From positions 2,089-66,088 of the forward strand of contig MNWN01000011.1 in assembly GCA_001872545.1 (NCBI GenBank): a stretch of 64,000 nucleotides of DNA, read 5' to 3'. Below are positions 41,319 through 53,100 of the stretch, piece by piece. The DNA is from Parcubacteria group bacterium CG1_02_58_44 (GTDB taxonomy: Bacteria; Patescibacteriota; Patescibacteriia; SG8-24). Within the stretch, counting starts at the first letter, position 1; the number at the start of each line of letters is the position of its first letter. A program made the translations under genes and the position numbers. The notes under the pieces were generated by a model that worked only from the letters and a program-made list of their open reading frames with translations, searched no databases and was not told the DNA's origin.

Positions 41319-41658
41319 TGATTTGCTTCCCTTTTATGGTCTGACTTCATGACCATGACGATGGACTCCAAAACCGCTTTGGCAAGTGTAGAACGAAGAG
41401 GGAATCTAGTCGAGGGATGAAAGCGTACCGACAGGTCGCAGACCAGCCCCGGTTCGATTATTTGCAAAAACGTCAATCCATGCTATATTGGCCTTGCTTT
41501 GCCCGCTTATTTGGGCAAAAAGCGTCTCCGGGAGCCTGTTTGAGATCTGTCTTCCTTCCGAAAAAGTCTGGATTCCGTTTCTGGCGAAAACGTCGAAGGC
41601 CGACGGTTTGCGAATCGGTTTCGAAGGTAAGATTTTAGACAGGCTCTATATTATAGAT

Positions 41659-41735
41659 GGACGATTAGCTCAGCTGGTTAGAGCGCTGTCCTCACACGAC
41701 AGAGGTCGGTGGTTCGAACCCACCATCGTCCACCA
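41659..41735 (+). tRNA. tRNA-Val (anticodon CAC), CCA encoded
   Basis: GGACGAT TA GCTC AGCTGGTTA GAGC G CTGTC CTCACAC GACAG AGGTC GGTGG TTCGAAC CCACC ATCGTCC A CCA. Confidence 0.9.
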
Positions 41736-41820
41736 TCCAAAATATAAAGTTTTATCCTCGGCCACCGAGGAGTCGAAGGGGACGGTCTGGACTCGTGGCA
41801 GTAGCGAATTCTTCAAACAT

Positions 41821-42480
41821 ATGCAGGATCCGAATAGCGTCGAGATAGACGGTCTCCACGACAGCGGGGATGCGGACGGCAAGAAACCTGTCAGTTCACT
41901 GAAGAGATTTTTTGGTTTTGTCGGGGAGCTGCTGCATGTCGTAGTCATTTCCTTAGCCATCATACTTCCGATTCGCTACTTTCTGATTCAGCCCTTTTAC
42001 GTCAAGGGAGCTTCGATGGAGCCGAACTTTTACGATCACGAATACCTCATCATCGACGAGATCAGCTATCGGCTCCGTGAACCGCAGCGCGGTGACATCG
42101 TCGTCTTCAGGTATCCGGACGATCCGAGCCAGTTTTTCATCAAGCGCATCGTAGCCCTGCCGGGGGAGCGCATCGTCATTTCCGGCGGCGGCCTGTGCAT
42201 CCTCGATCAGGATCATCCGGAGGGGTTTCTGCTAGACGAGAGCGACTATATCGGTTCCACCTTCACTTCCGGCGACAAGGATCTGACCCTCGCCGACGGC
42301 GAGTATTATCTCATGGGGGACAATCGGGCCGCGAGCATGGACTCTAGGACGTTCGGTGCGGTTCCGAGACAGCTGATGATCGGAAAGGTCATGCTCAGAG
42401 GTTGGCCGCCGGACAGAATGACGATCTTTTCCGGGGTTACATATCATGAGGATGCGACCGGAGGAGAGACTTCGAACTGA
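41821..42480 (+). CDS. lepB: Signal peptidase I
   Basis: A TM segment is followed by the catalytic Ser region YVKGASMEPNF and the Lys box GDIVVFRYP...FIKRIVALPGE, plus the C-terminal GDNRAASMDSR box. The track ORF begins upstream and reads through the tRNA-Val. Start chosen at the first ATG after the tRNA. Confidence 0.8.
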   Translation: MQDPNSVEIDGLHDSGDADGKKPVSSLKRFFGFVGELLHVVVISLAIILPIRYFLIQPFYVKGASMEPNFYDHEYLIIDEISYRLREPQRGDIVVFRYPDDPSQFFIKRIVALPGERIVISGGGLCILDQDHPEGFLLDESDYIGSTFTSGDKDLTLADGEYYLMGDNRAASMDSRTFGAVPRQLMIGKVMLRGWPPDRMTIFSGVTYHEDATGGETSN

Positions 42481-42549
42481 TTCGTTTTTGGAAGGAACGG
42501 ATAAGTCGAGGGCAACAGCATCGGAATAAAGCTGATTTATTTTTTCATT

Positions 42550-43962
42550 ATGGTCTTCAAGAAAAAAATCGTGACAGTCGGCAAGTCGGTCACCGTCAGG
42601 AAACCGACAGAGAAGAGATCATCGTCGAAGGCCGTATTCAGGAACAGCAACACAGCGGTACCTCCTCCAGAGGAGAAGCCGGTGATAAGAACCAAGGGAG
42701 TGCCTCAGACATTGCGCGGCATGAAGGACATTCTGCCGGCGGAGCAGAAGTTTTGGCGGCAGGTCAGGCACACCGCCGAGGATCTGGCCGAGGCCTACGG
42801 ATTTGAGCGGATAGAGACTCCGATCCTGGAGAGTACCCCTCTTTTCGTGCGTTCGGTCGGCGTCCAGACCGATGTGGTCGAAAAGGAGATGTTCTCGTTC
42901 GTCGACCGTGGCGGCGACAACGTGACGCTTCGGCCCGAAGGGACCGCATCGGTCGTCCGGTCCTACATCAATCACGGAATGTTCAGTTTGCCGCAGCCCG
43001 TCAAGCTCTACTACATCGGTCCGATGTTTCGGTACGAGCGCCCGCAGCATGGGAGGTATCGTCAGCACACCCAGTTTGGAGTGGAGGTCTTCGGCGACGA
43101 GAATCCGGTGCTCGATGCCGAGATCATGCTGCTCGCATATCTCTTCTATAGAGGTATCGGAGTCAGTTCGGTGGTTCATGTCAACAGTCTCGGCTGTTCC
43201 GACTGTCGTCCCAGGTATCGGGAAGAGCTGGTCGCCTATTACCGGTCCAGGCGATCGCAGCTTTGTGAGGATTGCAAGCGGCGAATCTCCAAGAACCCGT
43301 TCAGGCTGCTGGACTGCAAGGAGGATGGCTGCAGTGCCCTGAAGGAGGAGGCTCCGCAGATTCTCGACTCGCTCGATGATGCCTGCAAGGAGCATCTGAT
43401 GAAGGTCCTGGAATACCTTGATGACCTGCAGGTTCCGTACGTGCTGGATCCGCACTTGGTGCGCGGTTTCGACTACTACACCAGGACAGTCTTCGAGCTG
43501 CTGCCGGAAGAGGGGGACACCAAGACGGCCTTGGGCGGCGGAGGTCGCTATGACGGACTGGTAGAGCTGCTCGGCGGACGGCCTACGCCAGCCTGCGGTT
43601 TCGGCATCGGACTGGAGCGGGCCATTCTACAGATGAAAGTCCAGGAGATTGAGCCGTCTCAGAACGACACCCCCGATGTCTTTCTGGCTCAGTTGGGCGA
43701 CAATGCCCGTCGTAAGGCCTTCGTCCTGTTTGAGGAATTGAGGGTCGCCGGCATCAGGCTGGCCGGCAATTTCACCAAGGGGTCGCTCAAGGTCCAGCTT
43801 GAGATCGCCAATCGACTGGGGGCCCGCTACACGGTAATCCTCGGCCAGCAGGAAGTCATCGACGGAACTATCCTTGTTCGGGACATGGAGTCCGGTATGC
43901 AGGAGATAGTCGACGGCAAGAAGGCCGTAAGTGAGCTGAAGAAGAAGATAGGTCGAGGCTAA
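42550..43962 (+). CDS. hisS: Histidine--tRNA ligase with about 50 aa basic N-terminal extension
   Basis: Class II motifs, including MFRYERPQHGRYRQHTQFGVEVFG (the HisS motif 2 region) and the anticodon-binding domain at the C-terminus. Confidence 0.9.
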   Translation: MVFKKKIVTVGKSVTVRKPTEKRSSSKAVFRNSNTAVPPPEEKPVIRTKGVPQTLRGMKDILPAEQKFWRQVRHTAEDLAEAYGFERIETPILESTPLFVRSVGVQTDVVEKEMFSFVDRGGDNVTLRPEGTASVVRSYINHGMFSLPQPVKLYYIGPMFRYERPQHGRYRQHTQFGVEVFGDENPVLDAEIMLLAYLFYRGIGVSSVVHVNSLGCSDCRPRYREELVAYYRSRRSQLCEDCKRRISKNPFRLLDCKEDGCSALKEEAPQILDSLDDACKEHLMKVLEYLDDLQVPYVLDPHLVRGFDYYTRTVFELLPEEGDTKTALGGGGRYDGLVELLGGRPTPACGFGIGLERAILQMKVQEIEPSQNDTPDVFLAQLGDNARRKAFVLFEELRVAGIRLAGNFTKGSLKVQLEIANRLGARYTVILGQQEVIDGTILVRDMESGMQEIVDGKKAVSELKKKIGRG

Positions 43963-44072
43963 AGCGTCCTCAATGCCCCAGTTTGACGCGAATGGTCGTT
44001 TGATGTAGCCTTTTCCCGGCAAGGAGGCGCGATTTACAGACATCCTTAATCAGAAAGGGGGGTGAGTTTTTC

Positions 44073-44324
44073 GTGATTGAAGTCAAACGCAAAAAAGGGG
44101 AGAGCTTCGAGAGCTTGCTGCGCAGGTTCGGTCATTGCATGCAGGACAGCGGTCGGATGATACAGGCCCGAAAGATTAGGTTTCATACCGATCTGCCGAA
44201 CAAGAACGCAACCAAGGCCACGGCCCTGAGAAGGACCGAACTGCGCGAGAAGCGCGAGTATCTCATCAGAAGCGGTCAGGCCACCGAAGAGGATTTTCGC
44301 CGCCGCTCCAAACGTCGCCGTTGA
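44073..44324 (+). CDS. rpsU: 30S ribosomal protein S21
   Basis: MIEVKRKKGESFESLLRRFGH...RRRSKRRR matches S21. GTG start with an upstream aaagggggg Shine-Dalgarno. Confidence 0.85.
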   Translation: MIEVKRKKGESFESLLRRFGHCMQDSGRMIQARKIRFHTDLPNKNATKATALRRTELREKREYLIRSGQATEEDFRRRSKRRR

Positions 44325-44375
44325 CGGCATTTCGACGTTTTTGGGATTCCCCATAATTATTTTATCGCCAAACCG

Positions 44376-44831
44376 ATGGACACCCGTGAACGAATGGACA
44401 AGGATTTCACCGGTGCGGTCAAGGCACGTGATGCATTCGCAGTCTCAGCGCTGCGAATGCTTCGTGCTGCACTGAAGAACGCCGAGATAGAGAAGATGTC
44501 CGCTCTTGTTGAGGACGACGTCGTCGACGTCATCTCCAGGGAGATCAAGAAGGTCAGGGATTCGCTCGAGTCGTTCGAATCCGCCGGCCGTACTGATCTG
44601 GCGGACAAGGCTCGACAGGAGATCGAGATCATCTCTCGGTATCAGCCGACCCAACTGACCGATGACGAGATCAGGTCCGTAATAAAGAAAGTTATTGCGG
44701 ATCTTTCTGGCAATGGAACGATGAACTTCGGACAGGTCATGTCCGGCGTGACCAAGGAGACCAAAGGGCACGCTTCGGGCACCAGAGTCAGTCAGCTGGT
44801 TAAGGATGAGTTATCCAGTACCGCTCCGTAG
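44376..44831 (+). CDS. GatB/YqeY domain-containing protein
   Basis: DFTGAVKARDAFAVSALRMLRAALKNAEIEK ... VIADLSGNGTMNFGQVMSGVTKETKGHASGTRVSQLVKDEL is typical of YqeY. The rpsU-yqeY adjacency is conserved. Confidence 0.8.
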   Translation: MDTRERMDKDFTGAVKARDAFAVSALRMLRAALKNAEIEKMSALVEDDVVDVISREIKKVRDSLESFESAGRTDLADKARQEIEIISRYQPTQLTDDEIRSVIKKVIADLSGNGTMNFGQVMSGVTKETKGHASGTRVSQLVKDELSSTAP

Positions 44832-44883
44832 CTTTTTTGTATATACTTGAAAAGTTAATTGAGTTTCACATAGCCTTCTTTCC

Positions 44884-47130
44884 ATGCTTGGAAGGTATGG
44901 GTACCGCAACCGGCCCAAGGTAGGGTCTTGGTTGCATATTCGAAACGCCAGCAGAACCTTGGTTTTGGTGGCTTTTGTTTTACTCGTTTTATTTTTGCCG
45001 GAAATTGTGTCGGCTCAGCTCACCACCGGTGACGTCGGGTTGGACTTCGCCACCGCGACCGGCTTGGCCACTACAGACATCAGGGTCTTCGTCGGACGGG
45101 TGATCAACGCCTTTTTTGCCCTGCTCGGATTCATCGCCGTTCTGCTTTACGTCTACGCCGGATATCTGTGGATGACATCAACAGGCGATGCGGCCAAGGT
45201 CGACCAGGCCAAGAAGGTCATCACCAACACGACCATAGGGCTGGTCATCATGATCATGGCCTACTCGATTACGGCCTTCATTATCCAAGCCCTCACCGGA
45301 CATTCGATCGTTCCCGGTGTGGGTGACGGGGACAGCCGACGCGATAGGGGAGACATGCCCATCGGCGACCGAACCTATGAGCTCGGTAACGGAATCATCG
45401 AATACCACTATCCGGAAGTCGGACAGGTCGACGTTCCGCGCAACACGAACATATCGATAACCTTCAAGCGGCCGTTGGTCCTGTCGACCGTTTTCCGCAA
45501 CTATGATGACGCCGGAACCTACGGAACTGAAGACGATACGGTCGGCGGCGTTGCGGTGCCGGAAGTCCTTCAGCTCAATACCGACAATTTCAAGATCATC
45601 GCCGTCGCCGACTTGGGAGGGACGGACGGTGCCAGTCCGGACGAGCGGTTCAGTACTAGGTATCCGGACAGCGGAGCGCTGGTCGATCCGCCGCCTACGG
45701 TTCGGGTTACGGCCGTAAGGGTAGTTTTTGATCCGTTGGAGGGTCAGACCATCACCATCTCTCCGGCGCTTCCGATCGGCAGCCCCACCACTGATATCGC
45801 CTATCGCGTGGCCCTCAAGGGAGGCGACAACGGCATCAAGGTCTGGTGGCCTGGCGTAACGGAAGGTGCAGAACTCGTTCAGAAGAACGCCTTCAGTTCG
45901 ATGAATGCGGACGGCGGCTACTACTGGCCGTTTACGACCGGAACTATGCTTGACCTGACGCCGCCGCACATAACGTGGGTAGAGCCGACGCCGGTTATCG
46001 ATCCGGGCCGCCCAGAAAACGTAGCAGCTCGCAATCAGCTGCTGCAGATCTACTTCAACGAGGCGGTCGATCCGACCACGGTGAGCGGCATCATCGGTGA
46101 GGGCGGCGGATTCACCAATATAGAGGTAAGGGCTCGCTGCCTGCCGGACACCGACTGCGACTTTAACGATGGAGTGGATTTCACTTCCGTTTCGGGCAAG
46201 ATCTTCATAGGCAATCGCTACAGGACGGCCGAGTTCGTGCCTAGCGAACCTTGCGATGGCGTTACCGAGAACACCTGCGGCAACCAGGTTTTTTGCCTAC
46301 CGCGCAACGTCGAAATTCGTGTCCGTGCCCTAGCTGCGACGTTGAGCTCGGAACCGCCGAAGGCTTCACGTCCGGACGGCGTGTTGGACATGGTCGGCAA
46401 CTCGTTCGACGGCAACGGCAATGGTACGGCCGAGGGTCCGGAGAGCGCGGAGCGTCGGACTGACTTCAATCGTAACAGTCCGCCCGCTGCACTAGCGGGA
46501 ATCAACGATACGGCCCGGTGGACTTACCATGTCGGTGAGAGGATCGACCTCGTGCCGCCGACGATCATGGACATCGACCCCAAGAGCCCGCCGCCGATCG
46601 ATCGGGCCCATCCGGAGGGGCCGTCGAAGGTTCCGACTGATCTGCCGATAACAGTTCTGTGGGACAAGACCATGAGTGTCATGTCGATGCGGACCGGTGC
46701 GTACGACGAGGACGAGAATGCCTTCTCCGACGACCGGACGACTATTTCCCTACGTTCCAAGGAACTGGCCAAGGAAAGCCTGGATCAGGACTGTTCCGAT
46801 CCGGATGTGGCCTGTCCGTACGTCTCGTTGGATCCACCGTACTTCTTTATAGATCTGGGTGAAGGTCCGGAGGAGATCGGTGGTATCAAGAGGACCAGAA
46901 TGATGATCACACATCGTATCTTCTTCACGGCCAACGACATGGGCTACACCATGGAAGAAACGGCTTCGTGGCCCGAACGCTTGCCAGTCTATCAGCCGGT
47001 CATCGGAGCTCAGATACAGGACACGCTTCAGAACTGCTTTTTCCCAAGTGTCGGATGGAATTGTGATATGGGCGACAACAACTCTTGCTGCAATCGGGTC
47101 GGTCAGGAGGACTATTTCTGTCCGCTTTAG
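44884..47130 (+). CDS. Large secreted protein (748 aa) with an N-terminal signal peptide, a VirB2/TrbC-type pilin-like module (two TM helices), SbsA/Ig-like domains and a Cys-rich C-terminus
   Basis: SAQLTTGDVGLDFATATGLATTDIRVFVGRVINAFFALLGFIAVLLYVYAGYLWMTSTGDAAKVDQAKKVITNTTIGLVIMIMAYSITAFIIQAL is highly similar to the N-terminus of the adjacent giant protein. Downstream are Ig-like stretches (NTNISITFKRPL, LQIYFNEAVDPTTV, LPITVLWDKTMSV). Confidence 0.7.
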   Translation: MLGRYGYRNRPKVGSWLHIRNASRTLVLVAFVLLVLFLPEIVSAQLTTGDVGLDFATATGLATTDIRVFVGRVINAFFALLGFIAVLLYVYAGYLWMTSTGDAAKVDQAKKVITNTTIGLVIMIMAYSITAFIIQALTGHSIVPGVGDGDSRRDRGDMPIGDRTYELGNGIIEYHYPEVGQVDVPRNTNISITFKRPLVLSTVFRNYDDAGTYGTEDDTVGGVAVPEVLQLNTDNFKIIAVADLGGTDGASPDERFSTRYPDSGALVDPPPTVRVTAVRVVFDPLEGQTITISPALPIGSPTTDIAYRVALKGGDNGIKVWWPGVTEGAELVQKNAFSSMNADGGYYWPFTTGTMLDLTPPHITWVEPTPVIDPGRPENVAARNQLLQIYFNEAVDPTTVSGIIGEGGGFTNIEVRARCLPDTDCDFNDGVDFTSVSGKIFIGNRYRTAEFVPSEPCDGVTENTCGNQVFCLPRNVEIRVRALAATLSSEPPKASRPDGVLDMVGNSFDGNGNGTAEGPESAERRTDFNRNSPPAALAGINDTARWTYHVGERIDLVPPTIMDIDPKSPPPIDRAHPEGPSKVPTDLPITVLWDKTMSVMSMRTGAYDEDENAFSDDRTTISLRSKELAKESLDQDCSDPDVACPYVSLDPPYFFIDLGEGPEEIGGIKRTRMMITHRIFFTANDMGYTMEETASWPERLPVYQPVIGAQIQDTLQNCFFPSVGWNCDMGDNNSCCNRVGQEDYFCPL

Positions 47131-47161
47131 CCGCTTCCTTTTTTAGATCTAAGAACAGGTC

Positions 47162-50100
47162 ATGCGCATAGACCGAAAAAAATTGGTAACTGCCGCGGTG
47201 GTGGTCTTTGGTGTGGCCCTGCTCGTATTTCCGGTTTTGGCGCAGACCGATTTGGGTTTGGATTACGCAACGTCGACCGGTCTTGGTACGACCGACATCC
47301 GGACAATCATCGGCAACATCGTCAACTACTTCCTTGGGCTGTTGGGCATCATAGCCGTACTGCTGATCCTCTACGGCGGCTTTAAGTGGATGACGTCGCA
47401 GGGCAACGAGGAACAGGTCGCCGATGCGAAGAAGATCATCGTCTCCAGTGTCATCGGTTTGGCTATCATCCTGTCCGCTTTTGCCATCGCGCAATTTATT
47501 CTAAGAGCGATAATCTCTGGCACCGGATTCGAAGGTGATGTAGGGCCAGGAGGCGGACGGTGTCCGCCTGGAGAGGTCTGCGGCATACCTGGAGCCGGCT
47601 CCGGCGGGTTTAAAGTCTCCGGCGTGGTGCCGGCCGGCAACGGTCCGGGAGGTTCCGGCTGGCCCAAGAACTACGCCATTACCGTTGCCTTTAGCCATGA
47701 AGTCGCGGCGGCAACCGTTAACGGAACTTCCTTTGTGGTGGAGAGGTGCAATCCGCGGTTGTCTGGCGGTGACCCTGCTCCGTTCAATGAGAGGAATTGC
47801 AATACCGTAGTTTCGGGTACTCGGACAGTTGAGGCTAATCGAATAGTCTTTAGACCCGACGATACGCCTGGAGACTATCCTACCGATTTCGAAGAAGATT
47901 ATTGGTATCGGGTACGGGTACTCGGTGGCGACGTCACCGACGTTCGTGGTCGAATTCTGGTCTGTCCTTTCTTGCCGCCGGGTCCGGACGGTGACATTTC
48001 GTCACCACGTGCGCTGTCGAGCCTGTGCGACCGGGCCATGGCCTTCAACAACCTTCGCGATGTCGAACCTCCGACCGTCAGGATCGACTCTCCTGCTTCC
48101 GCACCAGCCTACTGCCTGGACCGGATTCGCATCCGGGCCAGGGTGGAGGACGACTTCCTTCCGTCAAGGGTCGACTTCATGTTGGATGGGGGTCTGGCTC
48201 ACTTGATGGACGCCGACGACGAGCCCCTGTTTAGCGTTATCAATGCCGCACTGGATAATCCGTTCCTGTCCGATTCGGTCTTCATCGATTCCTCGAGTTT
48301 GGCCGATGGCGAGCACACCCTGTCCGCCGTCGGTTACGACGGCGTGCCCCAGGCCAGTGAGGCGGTCGACAAGAGGTTCAGGATAAATCCGGCCCATTGC
48401 TGTGACAGCGTACTGGATGCCGAGCTGGGTGAGGATGAGATAGATTGCGGTGCGGAGTCCGGCTGTGGTGCATGTCCGGAAGGTTTGTGTACAGAAGATG
48501 CCGATTGCGCGTCGGGTCTCTGCGAATCAGGGCACTGTGTGGCACGTCCGACGATACTCGATGTCTCTCCACTGAGGGCCGGACCCGGGACGCTGGTGAC
48601 GATCAGCGGTCGGTACTTCGGCGGAACCATGGGTCAGGTAGTTTTCTTGGGTGGCGATACGGACGGGGACGGTGAGGAGGCGGGGGATGACGACGACAGG
48701 TCGGCGGCTGCCTGTTCGCCCTGGTCCTGGTCCGACGATGAGGTAGTGGTCGCAGTTCCGGACGGAGCGGTCACCGGACCGCTGCAGCTGATCACCTCAG
48801 CCGGAACTTCGGATCGCACTGACGATGATTTTGAGCCGATGATCGGTGCCTTCTCTGTCAATGACGAGGTTTTCCCCGGAATCTGCTATCTGGAACCGAG
48901 TACAGGATCGGCCGGCGATCGGTTCATCGCCCACGGTGCCGGCTTTGGGGATGCCATGGGTGCCAGCCTGATCAGGATGGGTGGGGTGAGCGCCGACGTG
49001 GCGGCCGGAGGCTGGACGGCCTCGGCCGTTTCCGCCGCCGTTCCGTCCGTGCTGGCCGAGGGTATCTATCAGGTTGGGGTGATGGTCGGCGGACTGGACG
49101 GCATCGCGACTAACCAGCTCAACTTTACCCTGCGACGCCGCGACGAGGACGTCGGACCGCGAATAATCGAGATACTCCCGTCTTCCGGTCCGGTCGGCTC
49201 CTATGTCACCCTGCGCGGCACCGGTTTTGGACGGCGTAAGGGATTGGTCAGGTTTTTTTCTTCGCCGGACGGAGTCGACGGAATCGATTCGGCCATAGCC
49301 GCCGATCCGATCTGCGACGACAACTGGCATGATAACTACATCGTCGTAAAAGTACCGGACAAGTACATTGGCGACCTGGACATCGATCTAATTCGTCATC
49401 GGGTAGAGGTCGAGACGGCCGCTCCGGCTCAAACCAGTAACCGAGTAGACTTTTTGATCGATGGCAGTCCGTTGACGCCAGGAATGTGCTCGATTACGCC
49501 TGACAACGGCAAACCGGGCATACCTGTGATCGTATCGGGCGAGGGTTTCGGGCCGGGTCCGGCCAACGTAGACGCTCCCGGTTTCGCTGGGTTTGACGGC
49601 CGTCAGCCGGAAAGTTCGCTTCGTTTTTACGTTTCTGGGGCGGCGGCTGCTCCTGGTTTGATGGACGGCTTGATTACCAAGCCGTCGACGGCCTATTTGT
49701 GGTCTAGAACATCCGTCCGATCGGCGATCCCCGGCAATCCGGCCGACCGGAGCACTTGGCCGAATTCCGGTCCGGTTTTTGTCGTGGCTCGTAATGTGGC
49801 CACCCGCAATCCGATTCCGTTCAAGATTGGCGACTGCAATGACGATGGGATTTGCGAGGAGGGGACAACCTGCTGTGCCAACGGTTCGTGCCGTGAGTCC
49901 TGCGAACCGGAGGCTCGGAACAGTAAGTTCGGCTGGTACTTCAGTACCGACGTCCTACCTACCTTGCCCGTAGTGATACAGCGATCTTCCTGCAATATGG
50001 TGGCCGGCACCATTCAAAGTCCGACACCACAACACAGGGCGACCGATGCCTGTCGCAATGCTGAGGCGGCTGTGGAGTTTAGTCAGCCGATGAATATCGG

Positions 50101-53100
50101 TTCGCTGGACGATCCTGAGTCGCTGCTCATTGAGGAATGCGGTAGCGGTCGCGATATCGACTGTGCCGACCCACCAGTTGTCGTGCCGATCGCCAGACCG
50201 GTCGGGACTGACCTGACTGCAGACGGCATGACTATTCTTTCCATCCATCCGAGCAGTTTGGTTTATCCGCCGAACGATCTCGATGATGACGAGAACGAGC
50301 CGTTTACCGGTTACTTCAAGATCGGCACTTGGTATCGGGTGACCTTGGTTTCCAAACCGGGCGAAGTCGGCATTTTCGACACGACCGGCCGGTATCTGGA
50401 CGGAGATTATGATCGACGGGCCGGTGGTAATTTCACCTGGACTTTCAGGACAAGGACCGATCCGGCGGCCTGCGCTGCCGACAGCGTCATGGTCCTGCCG
50501 TCACGCTATACGATCACCCATCAGGGCATGCCCCCGGATCCGGACATCGGATTTAGCGCCGCACTGATGAACGGAGCCAACTGCAACAGGCTGCAGTGCG
50601 TCGGCCGTGAAGGCTTTGACCTGAGATGGTCGAGCGATCCGGGTGTATTCATCAGTTTGCTTGGTGCCGGTCCGGTCGCCGGATGTCGACAGCAGGTTAC
50701 AGGTCTGCTCGAGACCCCCGTTGACGCACCGGAAAGACTGACTGTATCCCTGCGGCCGGTCGGTGAGCTGCTGGACCGCAGGAGCACTTCGGCAGTGTCC
50801 GTAGCCTTCGCCGATCCGCGGGTAGTGCGGGTCATGCCGACTGAAGGCTGCACTGAGGCCTGTGTCAACGCGGTGGTCGGCGCGGTTTTCAACATACCGA
50901 TGAGTGCGCGGTCTTTCGCCGGAAACGTCGAACTGCTGCAGTGCCGCAACTCTTCCTGCAACCCACCTTTCGTTCCGATTGAGTTTACGGTCACGTCAGT
51001 CAGGGACGATGGTATCCGTGTGCTTCCGCTCGGCGATCCCGATGCGGTCCTTCAGGTCAGGATAGAGCCGGTTCCTGATGTCGGGGAGATGCCAAGGTTG
51101 ACGCCTGATACCTTCTTTAAGGTCAGAATCAGGGGCGGAGCCGACGGGGTTCTTTCCACGAGTGACATACCGCTCACTGGACTCAACACGCCCGGCTTTT
51201 ACGAATGGAAATTTAAGACTAGGACCGACGGCAGCATCTGCGAGATCTCTCGGGCGGAGATTGTTCCGCCTAACGCCACCTTGCGTTACGTAAGCGAACG
51301 TTTCGGCCTCAGTGTCGGAGCGTACGGACCGGCTGGTGACGAGTGCAGTCCCGACGGTCAGGAGATAAACGCCTGGGGCTATGATTGGGACTGGTCGGTC
51401 GATCCGAATCCCGTCCTGGTCGGTTTCATCAGGGCTAGAGATGTTGGTTCGGAAACCGGAATAGGCATCAGAGTCGACACGAATCCAGCGCCGAGGCGCG
51501 GCTGCGACAGCCAATGTCTGTTGGTCGGCTCGACCGATGTCGTTTCGCAGTGCGGAAACACCGATCCGGCTGATCCTCGTCCGCCTAGGGATCGGGCCGA
51601 GATTGGGGAGGACTGCGACGATGGCGATATCGACGGAGGCGACGGCTGCAGCGCGAACTGCCTGGCCGAAGGTTCTGCCTTCCCGACTTGCGGCAACGGC
51701 CGGTTGGATTCGGGGGAGCTGTGTGAGGCGCTTCCCGATGGGGAAGGGACCTTAGTCTTTCCGTTGGGCTGCAAGGATCCCAATATAAATATTGATGACA
51801 GGCCTGAACTTAACGACATAGGCTGTATTTTCTTGGGGTCTACGGCTGGAGGGTCGGTCTGTGGCGACGGTATTTGGGGTGACGGCGAAGCCTGTGAGGA
51901 CGGAAACCGACGCGATGGCGATGGCTGCAGCGCGGACTGTCTTCATGAAGGGACGTTTTCTATATGTACGGACGCTACGCCGGTGGACGTAAGATGCGTC
52001 AGTCAGTGCGGCAATGCCCATATTGAGCCGGGCGAGGATCCGGACTGTGACTTGGCCGGAGGCGTCGCATTGGGTTGCGATTTGCACTCTTGCACTAAGA
52101 CCGGTTCGGAGTCAGCTCAATGTTTGAATGATCATCTAGATCCGGGGGAGGAGTGTAGAGATGGAAATACTGATAACGGCGACGGCTGCAGCAGCCGCTG
52201 TCTGCTTGAAGGATCGTCGGCCTTCTATCGGGTACCTTCCTTTTGTGGTGACGGGTTTGTCGGACAGGGCGAGCATTCGTACTGTGACGGTGACGAAGTT
52301 GAGCCCGACAGGCTGATTGACAGTCGACAGATTACGGTCGCCGGAGACTACGATTCGACCGCCGGCGCCGCTACGACGAGCGTAGTGCATGCTTCGGTCG
52401 ATCGGCTGCCGGAAGGTTCCAGGGGTAACTCACGCGTGACGCTGACCTGTAACTGCAGCTCACAGGTCAGTCCCGACGGGTACTGTTTGGGACTGCTGGA
52501 CGGAGTGCCGGCCGCCCTGCGGCCGCCGGCCGGTTTGGCCTGCGCCGATTCGGGCTGCTGCGCACCTAGACCTTACGGCAGGCTGACCTATCCGGTTGAG
52601 GGCTCGGTCGGTATCTGCCGCAACACCGCCATACACTTGGAATTCGATCAGCCCATGAACGCCACTTCAATTAGTCAGAATCTATTGATCGGCGTCGACA
52701 GTGGTCCAGACGGCTGTCCGGCGGCTTTGGACGGCGGTCCAGATGAGAGCGGGGTCATTGAAGTACCGCCCTTCCCTCCGCCCCTGCCTGGACCGTTGGC
52801 CGTTGGGCCTGGCGGCCTGCTTCGTCGGGCTTGGTCGGCTGTCGCTGCATTTTTCGGTGACCTGTTCGGCCGGCCGGCTGCAGGTCATGCCCTCGGTATC
52901 CCGCATACCCATTTCTGCTCGATCACTGGAGATGTCACCGTTAGACTGACGGACGAGTCTAGAACCGAGGTCGAGTTTATGCTCGATCACGCCTTGCCTG
53001 CGGGAACCAGAATTAGGGTTAGGGTCCAGCCGGATGCCAGGACGATCGGCGGAGTCAGAATTAATCCGGCCGGACTGACTGCTGAGTTCACCACCGGTGA